From contig QPGO01000225.1 in the NCBI GenBank assembly GCA_008632985.1, forward strand, positions 62,001 through 108,143: DNA of 46,143 nucleotides, read 5' to 3'. The notes beneath the pieces were generated by a model. It did not search any database and was not told the origin of the DNA. It saw only the letters and a list, made by a program, of their open reading frames with translations. The position numbers were made by a program, and so were the translations under genes. The DNA is from Psammoneis japonica (lineage: Eukaryota). Below, piece after piece: positions 35,698 through 46,143 of this stretch; the stretch's first letter is position 1; each line of letters starts with the position of its first letter.

Positions 35698-36090
35698 TAG
35701 AGAGGCGGCAGCGTTGCCGTTGGAGCCATTCGGTGTTGTGAGTCTTCTTTCAGGTGACAACAACATGAAATGGTTGCCTGCATTTTGCACGATGGTGGAG
35801 TGCTTGGGAAGATCCATGCCAACAGGAACACTCATTTCAAGCTGCAATCAGTCAGAGCGATTCTCAAGATGAGCAAGTTGCGTGTGGTTGCAAGTGGGGT
35901 GGATTCAAGAGTGGTTTCCATCAAGAAACAGCTTCACAAAAAGTGGATCTTGGCTCATGCACAAAGACCACATGTGCATGATGTCACCTCTCAAGTGCTG
36001 GGCTTGGCCATCTTGACAACGGGCAGCCTTGAAGGTGCAGCAGTCACAAAACAGACCCGCAATCTGGGGCTGGTGCACCCGCAATTCTGA
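35697..36090 (+). pseudogene. WD40 fragment resembling UTP4/Cirhin, degenerate
   Basis: RVVASGVDSRVV....KWILAHAQRPHVHDV (like UTP4 VFxxGVD...W......RxHTHDV). Stops and deletions present. Confidence 0.5.
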
Positions 36091-36842
36091 CTCTCACTGT
36101 GTCCATTAAGATGGACCTCAATGTGGACAAGAACACTGGCATTTCATCAAAGGGCCAGGAAACCATGTCAGGATTTGCTGCAAAGCTCTGTTTGCACATT
36201 TGCGGCCTGTTCATGCTTTGCAACCTTGACCATTGTTTGTGGCATGTGGCGGCACGGTGGGGAGAGCAAAGTGAGACTGACACAGTGTCAGCAACATTTG
36301 AAATGACAGAGGTGGAAGTCAGCATCACAATGTCACCATCCTGTGAGAATCCCAACTTGGTGTCATTGCATTGACACAGTCTCTGGCAAGGTTGAGTGTG
36401 AGTTGCGCATTTCAGGATGCTCGCTGGGGGCTGGGTTCGTTTGGGTGCTTTTTTGTGATCCTTCAAACAAAATTTGCTTGACCAGGCAGAGAGAGTGTGC
36501 CATCAGACTGACTGCAGTTCAGAGCTGTGCATGAGCACAGGGGGTCAGATGGTGAAATCCCATGCAGAGCCCTCCTGGCATGGTTTTTACGTGATCTCAA
36601 CAAGAGCACACACAGTCTGTTGAGCTGGAGGGGGGAAACTTTGCAATGCACCGCACAGGACATGTCTCCAGCAGAATGACAGGAGGTCATGACTTTTCAA
36701 GACATGGCACTGGGTGCAACCAACAGAGCCCAAGACTGCTGACAGCAATTGTTTGCACTCCCACCTGTCTCTTCACTTGGTCTGAGCCTCCTGTGTCTGC
36801 CCCCCACCCCCCACCAAAGACGTGATGCCAACAGGCAGGAGC

Positions 36843-38138
36843 TCAAAATGCAGACTCAGATCTTGAGGGCAGCTCAAGGTTGTAAAATGGATGTGCTGTG
36901 ACAAAGATGCCATGCCAAAACCTTCTTTTCCAAGGTTTGACACTTTCTGGAGTCATCCAACATCTGAGAAAATCGGTTTTTTGAACGGCCCATTCACACT
37001 TGAGTGGATTTACTTTCAAACCATTCTCTTCTGGCTGTTTCAGCATCGCACTCAACACTGCCAGATGATCCAACCAAAGGATTGAGAAGAGACCAACATC
37101 ATCAATGAAGCAGTCTGTGTCCATGTCAGTCAGCACTTCCTCAATCACCACTTGAGCAATGGTGCCTGGAGCTGGCTTTAATCCCATCTCAAGTTGACAA
37201 CATTGGAGCTTGCCACAAGGAGCAACAACAGTGCACAGTTCCTTGGATTCTTCATCCAGCTCCAAATTGCAGTGGAACATGGACAAGTCCAACTTGGTGA
37301 AATGCTTGTGTCCCTTTCTCTTCTTAAAAATGTCTTGAATTCTTGGCAAAGGACAGATCAACCTCTTTAGCACCTTGTTGAGCACGCAAAAATTGGATGC
37401 CCACCACACTTGTTGATCCTTTTCAGGTGTGACAAATGCAGGAAATGCCCACTGAGTGGGACCACAAGGCCTCAACACCCCCATTCAGACAAGATGCTGA
37501 AGTTCTTTTTTGAAAATGTCTTGGTGAATTCTTGGAACAGCACATGCTTGAGCATGGACAGGAATTGCTTTGGCATCAATTTCCAAGTGAACCAACATGT
37601 GTGGATGCTGACCCCATTCTCTGTCAAACAGCTTGGAAAATTTGGCCAGCACTTGTTGCAACTCCAATTGCTGCTCTCTTGATTGATGCTTTTGCTTCTT
37701 GGCCACTTCTTCTGGAGATGCTGACTCACACTTGGCACCCAAAATTTGAGCAGCGCATGAATGAAACTCAAATTTGTCAATGTCCTCCTTGTCTGCTTCT
37801 GGACCTGCAAGAGCAAAACAAGCATTCTCTGCATTGTCCCAAAAGGTGAGTTCTTTCACAGGCATGGACTTGTCCAACCATTTTGCTGTTCTTGATGAAA
37901 AATTTACATCTGTCCCTGCTTTGGTCAAAAAATCCAATCCAAGAATCATGTTGCATTGACACAGCATTTGAAATGCCAGCGCTTGTTGACAGTGAATGCT
38001 CCTTGACCTGTCAAATTCAGGTGATGCAATTGTCTCTCCAAACCAATCACTCCATTGCTGTTCATTGGTCCTGCAGCCACATTGCATGCAACTGTCTTCT
38101 TGCACAGACTTGGAGTGGCTCTGTGTGCCAAACATCAT
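36843..38138 (-). mobile_element. Ty3/Gypsy pol relic (aspartic-protease end + reverse transcriptase)
   Basis: MILGLDFLTKAG, WAFPAFVTPEKD, LNKVLKR..CPLPRIQDI, FTKLDLSMFHCNLELDEESKELCTVVAPCGK, CFIDDVG and GLKVNPLKCEWAVQKTDFL. Confidence 0.92.
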
Positions 38139-38539
38139 TCATGAATGAGAGCAGCTGCACTGCCTGAATCAAACAACACTCTCAACAAACGAGATGAGTG
38201 AGCTCCACTCATTTGTTTGCACACCAGCCAAGACTGATGTGGGTGCCATGCATGTCAGCATTCATGCTTTTTGCCTTGGGCACTGGCACTCCACTGCAGC
38301 TCAATTCCACTTGTTCATCTTCATTTTTCTCATTTTTGATTTGGTTTCCATGCAACAAATGTGTGTCATGTGAAGGCTTGTGTTCAATTGGTGCATTTGT
38401 GTCAACGGCAATGGTGCTGTCAACTTCAAAGCTGACACCAGGACTGGAGCAGCACTCCAAACTGGATTGCAATCCAGGTCCTCTTGGGTGCAGACCTTGT
38501 CCAATGTCCATTCCTTCTGACCTCTTGTCAGAACCTCCT

Positions 38540-39390
38540 GGTGGACCACAGCCCACATTTCAGACCCTCGCCCCCCTCTCCGGCATTTGCACCGACTCTT
38601 CCACCGTCCATCATGAACCCACCAACCTCGAACCCCTCACCCCTCAAACACCCCGCTGATGCAGGCATCCAGCTCAATCCAGCTGCTCCCACTGCCTCCC
38701 CCTGTGGCCACCAATGCCTTGCAATCAACACCACCATTCCCAAACCTCCTCCACTGCCTGCTCCTGGCTTGCCTGCCCCATCCTCAAACCTTGTGCCAAG
38801 GCACACCACGTGCACGAGCACCAAACAGAAGTTGGACAGAACACACAAAACTCAACACAAAGCAACCCTTGCATCTGCCCTCAATGACACTGGCACCCAC
38901 CTTGTCCCCTTCTCCATTGATCACTTTGAAGCAACTGGCTGCTTTGAACACCGCCTCCTCTGAGGCCCTTTGGAGCCGATTGGCAACACCCCATCTCTGC
39001 CCCACCTGCTCCCCCCTTGGACCACCAAATCCTCCTTCCAACACCCCACTGCCCATGCTGCCCAGGCCTTCACACAACTGTCCCCATCTGCCATCCTCCC
39101 CACTGCCGCCGCCACTTGGAAAAACACACACCCCTGCACATTTTGGCTTGACACCCCCACCACACTTCGACTCCATCACAATGGGGCCTTCAAAGCCTTG
39201 GCTTTGCGATGACCAAATCTCTTGCTGACCAACTCACCCGCCACTCCACCAAACTGCTGTCCCAGCTCGCCACTCCCAACCCCAATCCCATGGTCCCTTT
39301 CCCTGCCCATGTTAAATGTGACAAGTAAGTGCCACCCCTCCTCAGCGTCTGTCCCTCCCCCCATAAACATGTCCCTGCCGCACACCACAC
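38540..39390 (+). mobile_element. 3' fragment of a non-LTR retrotransposon with a restriction-like endonuclease (CRE/R2-type), degenerate
   Basis: C-rich strand. FQTLAPLSG....VHHEP, HPADAGI...CLAINTTIP (like RPAD...AIDVT) and LVPFSIDHF (like PFxxDxxG). Confidence 0.55.
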
Positions 39391-39540
39391 CCTATTGTGT
39401 TGTTGTTGGTGTTGTCGTTGTCGACGTCGTCATTCAAGGCTCGTACCGTACCGTAGTCGAGGGGCAAGGTGGGCAAGGGCGACTTGCATTGTACCGGTGT
39501 CTCCCAAGAGAGACATTGTACAGTAACAGCGTGATTTACC

Positions 39541-42500
39541 ATGAGTGATTCCGACGACGATGAAATTGCGGACTTGTTCTCGTTCAGTGCTGCGAGTCCT
39601 GCCACAGAAGCACAGCCCAACGCAGATTCCGAGTCCAACAAGTCGACGGCAGAAAAAGAGTCATTGTCGACAAACGTGGCAACGTCTGCAAGCAGTGCCG
39701 CTGCTTCCACGGATGCGATAAGTAACGATACTCCTGATGGTATGAAAGGCTTGCCAGAGGAAGACGAGGAAGATCTGTTCGGGCCGCAGCCTATTGGACG
39801 TTCAAGAACTGATACAAGTGATTCTGTTCTCGGTCTGTTGGATCAAGACGAAACCGACTTGGTAGTGCTGTCGTCATCGGCCGAAGAAACGGAAGGACTC
39901 GTCGAGGAAGCTCAAGATGCTCCTATTCAAAGTTCAGATACGCAGGAAATTCTAGATTGGTTAGATAAGCCATCGACAACAGCCGAGAAGACGGACGCTG
40001 ACGGAGAGAAACAGAAAGAGACTGACGAAGAAAAATCATCGCCGGCTGACCCGACAGAATCCAACGTTGACAACAAAGAGACGAGTGAAGAACAATCAAA
40101 GGATCCTACAGAGGATGACGCGAAACCAGACCCACCAGAATTGGGCAGTCCGTTTGTAACGTTGGAAGAGGCCATTGCTTCGCCGCATTCCACCATGGAC
40201 CAAATTCGACGCTTATTCATAAAGTCAAATTCCACTTGCACCCAAGAATTCGTCCTTACTTATGGTGTCGCTCCGTTTGCGGTAAACCCCTCGAGCAAGT
40301 CCGTGAAAGTAGCAACGCTGACTCGTATATCGAGTGGGAGAAGGAATACTCCGAGCACGGCACTACCCACGTGAAGGAACGTATCAAGAAGTGGATTCTT
40401 AAGGAATCTTCGATATTGGCGGATAGGATTGTGGCTGTTGTAGATCACAACAACAAGCAGTGTCTACAACAAGAAGACGATGAAGACGGGGATGGTTTAC
40501 CACCCACCGTCACGAACGTGACGTTGGAACAAGCCACCAAGGAGTTGACGTGTTTGTTGCTGTTTCACTATCAATCCAGCAACACCAGTACAGACAAGGA
40601 GGTGGATTTAGACCCCTTGTTGCCACCCGTAGCCTGTGCGTTACTGACTGCAGGAATACCAACGGCTGTGGCAAGTGTCATGCTCTCAAACATTGTCCCG
40701 ACCTTTATGCCTCTTTTGGCGTTGGCCAATACAGAACGACTGGAAGCCTCAAGGCCCCTGCACACACAGTTCTATTTGCTGGCATCCTATCACTTGCCAC
40801 TTTTGGTTCATCATTTAGATCGATATCTACCGGGATGGTATTGGCCAAAGGTGAATACCAGCCACGGTAAAGAAGACAACGCGACTCTTCGCAATCGCAA
40901 TTTGGAATCTCAAGGACTCATTCCACAGTCGTGGTCATCTCTCACTTGGCTGGTGAATGCGATGGGACACTGATGAACCCAAATGGCTGGTGGCTTTGTG
41001 GGATTTGATTCTCATTAGCAACAACAACTCCCTTCGATTCTTTTTCTCGCTGGCGCTGTTGGAAAAGAACTCGGATACTCTTCTAATGGTTACCGGCGAT
41101 ACACTTAGAAGGAATTGAACGAATACTGGAATTCAAAGAAGAAACGACATTGGAAGGGTTTGCGATCGAGCCAGAAGAGGAATCCTCGAGTCAAGAGGCT
41201 GTCGATTGGGTGCAGGAATGGTGTGACTGTGCTCGAAACTTGTGGGAGTCGACTCCAAAGTCAGTCACGTTACACCTCCGTGCGGCAGAGGACGAAGCCG
41301 TCTCAACAGCACTTGTGCAGCGACAGCAGGCCAAGGAAGTTGCGTTACAGGAGCGCTTGGAATTGGAGGCCAAGGAACACGTTCAAGCTGTGCAAGCTGA
41401 GAAGGAGCGAAAAATGGACGAGGCCCGCGCCAAACTGACACGAGCACGGTTGGTTGCATACTACCGTAAATACAACCCGGAAAAAGAAGACACGGTTGAC
41501 AAGATATTGAAGACTTTTGATGGTCGGTTGGAGGTTCTGGATGCAAAGCTGAAGAAGAAGTACGGGGAGGGTTTCAACCCAGCTTTGCGACCAAAGCAAC
41601 CAGAGAAGAATAAATTGTTGAGTACAATGAACCAAAGCATTAATGAGACGAAACGACGCATGGCCGATGCCTTGGCAAAGCGAAATAGCGACAGCCAGTT
41701 AACAGGGTTTGAAGACCAACATCATGAAGTGACTGTCGCAGTCTCCCCTGCAGAAGTGTTACCCGTGCTTTGTTGGAGCAAGCAAAGTGGATCTACATCG
41801 CGAGGAAGGCAAATACTCGCGAAACGGCAGCAGCGTCTCAAGGGAAATGACCAGGATGACGAGGAAAGGATACCCATAAAGTTCTTTTTGGTGGATAGTC
41901 GTCCGGCTGATACATGTCTTGAACAAGGACGCTTTCCGACAGCAGCCAATCTATCACCCGAAACATTGCTGGATCCGGATCGTATTCAACAGCTCGAAGA
42001 GACGTTTGAATCGCTCCGTGGAGCTGTACACATCTGTGTGATGGTAAAGCACGTTGTATTCTGAGCTGACTAATCATCTTTGTATTCTTCGTCTAAGCTG
42101 TTTGTCATTTGCGTTGTTGTTTGAAATCAACTAGGGCGAAGGATTTTCGGCAGTTCCGGAGCTGTATGGCCAGAAGATGAATTCCAAACTCCAGGAATTG
42201 ATTAAAGAAGATGATTCAAGGACGAGTCTTTGCGCCTTGTTTTTGGTGAAGAAGGGCTTTCCTTTCGTTTCAATTTTGGACGGGGGATTTGCAGCGGCTC
42301 ATGCTTGGCTCTCTCGCGAGGGACCGAAACAGGGTCTTGATCCTAATACTGCCCTTGTCGACTACAACGCTGGTGTTTCTCTGTTTGCACAACTGGAGGA
42401 TGCGTATCGAGAACACGAAGCAATGGCGAGCGCATCTACGAGAGAAAAGACTCAGCATGCAATGCAAAACCTCTTTGATGGGTCCTTGGCATCTCTCACT

Positions 42501-43519
42501 AGAAGCCAGCAGCGTTTAGAGCAAATATCATTCAAAATCGAACAAGAGAGGATTCGCAAATCCATGTCTAACATTTTTGGCAAGAAGCAACCAAACAAGA
42601 GTGGAGAAAGTAACTCTAAAGCCGACCGTCGTCAATCTGAGGTCCGCCAATCCGTTTCGAAGCTCTTTAGCAAAAAGGCATCCAAACCCGAGCCGACGGT
42701 AGCATCGCCGGAGAAAGAGGGAGCAGGAAGAGACGATATGGAAAGCCAGACTTCAGAAACAGTCAAGCCGAACGAAGAATCTTCACGCTTCTCGTTAGCT
42801 GGTCTCGCTGATAGTATCAAGAAGGATCGCGATGCGAAGGACGAGGGAGAGGGGGAAGCGAGGTAAATCGCTTCCGCAACCCCTTCGCCAGAAAGAACGA
42901 TGAAAAGGATAAGGTTGCTACAATCGATGCCACGCCGTCAACTACAGAGCCCTCAGTTTCTATTGCGAATTCGTTTGCAAAGCTTAAGCAAGTTGCATCC
43001 TCACCAAGATCTTCAACGTCTGAGGAACAACCGAAATCCGAGGAATCTGGGGAGGAGGAAGTGGAGGCTTCTTCCTCGGCGTCAAAGGGAATGAAGAATC
43101 GGTTCGCCGGCTTTGGTGTGGATACACAGGCAGCAGGTGGCAAGAAAAACCGATTTGCAGGATTGGGCTCTGCTCTTGGTGCTGCGAAGCGTGGCAGTTC
43201 GACTCAACCTAGGCGGAATAATCCTTTCGCAAGATTCGGTGGTGCTGGAGGTGCTGCCTTCGCGAAGCAAGGAGATGCCAATACCACAGACGAAACAACC
43301 GGCGACGGTGCTGTCACGAACCGTTTTGCTAATCTCGGCATGAATCAGCTTCGAAAAATGAGAGCGAACTCCAAAAAGCATGTCCAAGAGCAAGATACGA
43401 CAGATGATATCGTAATGATTGAGTCTACCGAAGTCGTTGAAGAGTCCATATCGTTTTTCGACGGAGATGACGACGATGTCGAGGTTGTAGATATCGATCC
43501 TCAGCAGCCATCTACGTGA
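39541..43519 (+). CDS. TBC (Rab-GAP-like) + rhodanese-like domain protein, TBC1D23-like; intron 42044-42134; several apparent 1-bp frameshifts
   Basis: IRPYLWCRSVCGK and FYLLASYHLPLLVHHLDRY, WLVALWDLIL (TBC); FFLVDSRP...EQGRFPTA and FLVKKGFPFVSILDGGF (rhodanese). The GT..AG intron joins ICVM to GEGFS in frame. Confidence 0.8.
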
Positions 43520-43736
43520 GGATACCGAGTCGAGTGTGACGTACCGGTAGATAGAGGCATCAGCTCTCTAGAGAGAAGCATACACACATAGCGCTTTCAA
43601 ATTATTGGCTTTGTTTCCCCCTGTTTATCCTATTCATGTTCTTCTCGTACTGTCTCATGTCACAAGTAAAATACAGCTAGTAGCAAGAATTTTACTCTTT
43701 ATCTATTCCACGACCGTACTTATTGTAACCTCGTTT

Positions 43737-45820
43737 TTAAACTGGAGTCTCGTCACAAACTTGGGGAGGAATACACTGGCACCTTCCATTGTTACCAACC
43801 TTGGCTATAAATGGATTGGCCGGTAGTCTTGAAGTGCTCGTCACAATGGGGCAGGAACCCAGTGGACAAGGACCCGACAAATCGTTGTTGCAGCACGTAC
43901 CATGCCAAACATATCGAACGGCGTAGGCAACACCACCAGTGCTGGACAGATCCACGACGACTTGAGCCCGTTCCGTTGGGTGCTCCCAAAAATCAACAGG
44001 GACCCAGCCCTCATGCTTTAACCCGGGTTTTTCATAGCTTTTGCCGTCCCCGTCATCGACGCACACGCCTTTTATGGTTTGCAGGCAAAATAGGGAGGAA
44101 TTGACCAGCACTTCCATCTTACTGCGACCAGGAGAATAACCTTGGACTCTGACTGTTTCTTTGACAAGGAGTGTACGATTGAAAGCGATCGTCAACGTGT
44201 TGTCTGCACGTGATTTTGTACAGCCTGAAAGGGTAGGTCCAGTAGTTGGCCTTCCATTGGTACCGTACACCGTAATAGCAGCAGCCCTCCCAAGCCTGCG
44301 CCCAATTATTTTCTTGGTTCGAGGGTGAAGAAGACCCATAAAGATTGGAGTGGCTGACGCATACAAGCAAAACCCACGACACCTTTTGTCACAATCATCC
44401 CCGCACGTTCCCTTTCTATAGAGATTGATACACTGGTCTCTGTTACATGATCTAGCCAAGCCAAAATAGGGATCATCTTGATCGTATGATTGTACTAGGA
44501 ATGTGTTTGGCATTGCTGGATTCGGTAGCACACCGTAACCCTGCAGGGTCAAGTGAAGTAGGAGATGAACGCACGTCAGAGTCGCCAATATCAAGAACGC
44601 GCATTTCAACTTGATCGAGTTGTGATACTCACCGCGGTTTGAGCTAAACGCATTGTGCCGATATCACTTCCGCCAAGACTGCCGCTTTCTGGTAGCGCAA
44701 CAGTGCCAAATGGTGCCTCGGGATTGGTAGTTCCTGGTGTCGCACTCCATAACGCTCTCCACGACTTCACCAACGCAGCAATGTGGCAACTATACCCACT
44801 TTTTCTAAGGTAATTTCCGTGCTTGCAAGACCAAGACGCCATGTTCGCCTCCCCCTGATACCACACCCATCCCTTGATGGTCATATCCAAATACGGCTCC
44901 ACAAACTGGTAAAACAGTCCGCCTTGGTTGTGCACGCACCCGTCACTACATAAGTCCAGCGTTGCGTCGTCCAGCCAATCTTCGATGGTCGATCCGCCGA
45001 TCGCTGTATGAACCAATCCTATTGGAGGTACTTCTTCATTCATGCTCACAAGCTCGTCCGTCAGTGCCTGGGCAAAGTACCAGCATGTGGAACTAAACTT
45101 GTTAAAGTAGTTTTGTCTCATAGCGACGGCGGCTGACCACCATGGGATTCGGGTCGTACCGGATTGTTTCCCGGCTCCGTAATATCGAATGTTTCTGTAT
45201 CTCCCAGCCTCGACAGCAGCGATGCTTTCATTTCGCATCACTGAATAACGCATCCAAAGGGCCATATTACTTTGCCCCCCGCAGTACCACACGTCCCCAA
45301 AGGAAACTCGAGTAAGTTTTGCAGTTTCGCCAATTGCGACGGGTGAGTTCCCATGAGCCGGGGTACCCAACGTTGCACTCTTGTAAGTATTACACTGCGC
45401 CGTAATTCTGTACGATCCACCAGTAGGCATGGGACGCAACAGAGCCTTGAACTTGTACGCACGGACAGGGCTACCCTTAAACGAGGTTAGAAATGTGTTT
45501 GTAGCCTCGACGCTGTACAAGACTCCAGTGAAATTCGCAACCGTCACGGTGACCCGTACTGTGTAGGGTGAAGCTGTACCTAGGAGTGTACTTTCAAATG
45601 TCCCATACACAGCAGCAGCTTCAGGCTCGCGCTGAAGAACCATTGAGCGACCGAGAGTATTGCTGAATCGGAGGTTCATACAATCGGTTTGAACAGCTAA
45701 GGTCGGGGCACACCAAGATAGAAATACTAGGGAAATACAAGCCAGCAACAGCGGCAAGCTTGCATCATTCCTCGGTCTGCGGACAATCGACTTTGATTTT
45801 GATAACATGGTATTTTGCAT
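43737..45820 (-). CDS. secreted sialate O-acetylesterase (SASA/SGNH family); exons 45820-44633 and 44540-43737
   Basis: N-terminal hydrophobic signal, FSNTLGRSMVLQRE, FGDVWYCGGQSNM, GWVWYQGEAN and HPRTKKIIGRRL. The GTGAGT...CTGCAG intron (44541-44632) gives in-frame RLAQTA-GYGVLPN. Confidence 0.9.
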
Positions 45821-46143
45821 TCAGTGTGGGCTTCACTTCTTACAGATCTGCAACAACCACAACAATGCTGACCTAAACAAAATTGAAAATGTGGTTGCGA
45901 GTTGCGACGACGATAATGTGGATGCCGATGGACCGATGGATGATGAAATTTTGGCGGGCACTGTGGCTGCTATGATTTTTCAAAATTTATGGTCTTCTAC
46001 AGATCGTAATTCTATCATACGTGATAGTTTACAAATATATTTAGTAATTAGCCTTGAATATATATATACTTGCCAACGGATAGGAAAGCATGTCTAATCT
46101 ACACTGTCTACAGTATATATTTGTACGTCCTGACACTGCTCTG

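Larger units (their letters stand above)
35750..39390. other. CpG/TpA-depleted hypermutated block D
   Basis: Same composition. Conserved Tyr residues of the Gypsy RT appear as His/Cys. Confidence 0.9.

Noticed and set aside
32889..35860. 164-bp direct repeats as LTRs or a long target-site duplication
   Set aside because: The left copy ends at an N, there are no TG...CA termini, and the enclosed gene is a DNA transposase. A haplotype or assembly overlap is simpler.

Overview
Eukaryotic genomic DNA, most likely from a diatom (inferred from short GT-AG introns and diatom-type Copia, Gypsy and Plavaka-like remnants). It contains two single-N scaffold joins, at 23376 and 33053. The window is a mosaic of two sequence states. 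The ordinary-composition segments carry a TBC1D23-like TBC+rhodanese gene, a sialate O-acetylesterase gene, an orphan membrane protein with 69-bp tandem repeats, a young pogo-type DDE transposon, SulP and DBP4-like pseudogene fragments, and most of a RAG1/Transib/Chapaev-like transposase. The other segments (about 1-9400, 11900-23680, 24130-25440 and 35750-39390) are blocks of dead transposons and gene fragments in which BOTH CpG and TpA are almost eliminated and replaced by TpG/CpA. A within-window duplicate (12741-13207, source 39417-39900) shows the direction: CpG->TpG/CpA and TpA->TpG/CpA. TpA loss is not explained by 5mC deamination and runs opposite to fungal RIP. The few surviving TpAs are nearly all in TTA/TAA context. 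This points to a regional, context-specific A:T->G:C hypermutation process acting on repeats, which is the main candidate novel system here. Most ORF-track entries in these blocks are artefacts of losing TAA/TAG stops. Family assignments rest on motif recognition, not database searches.
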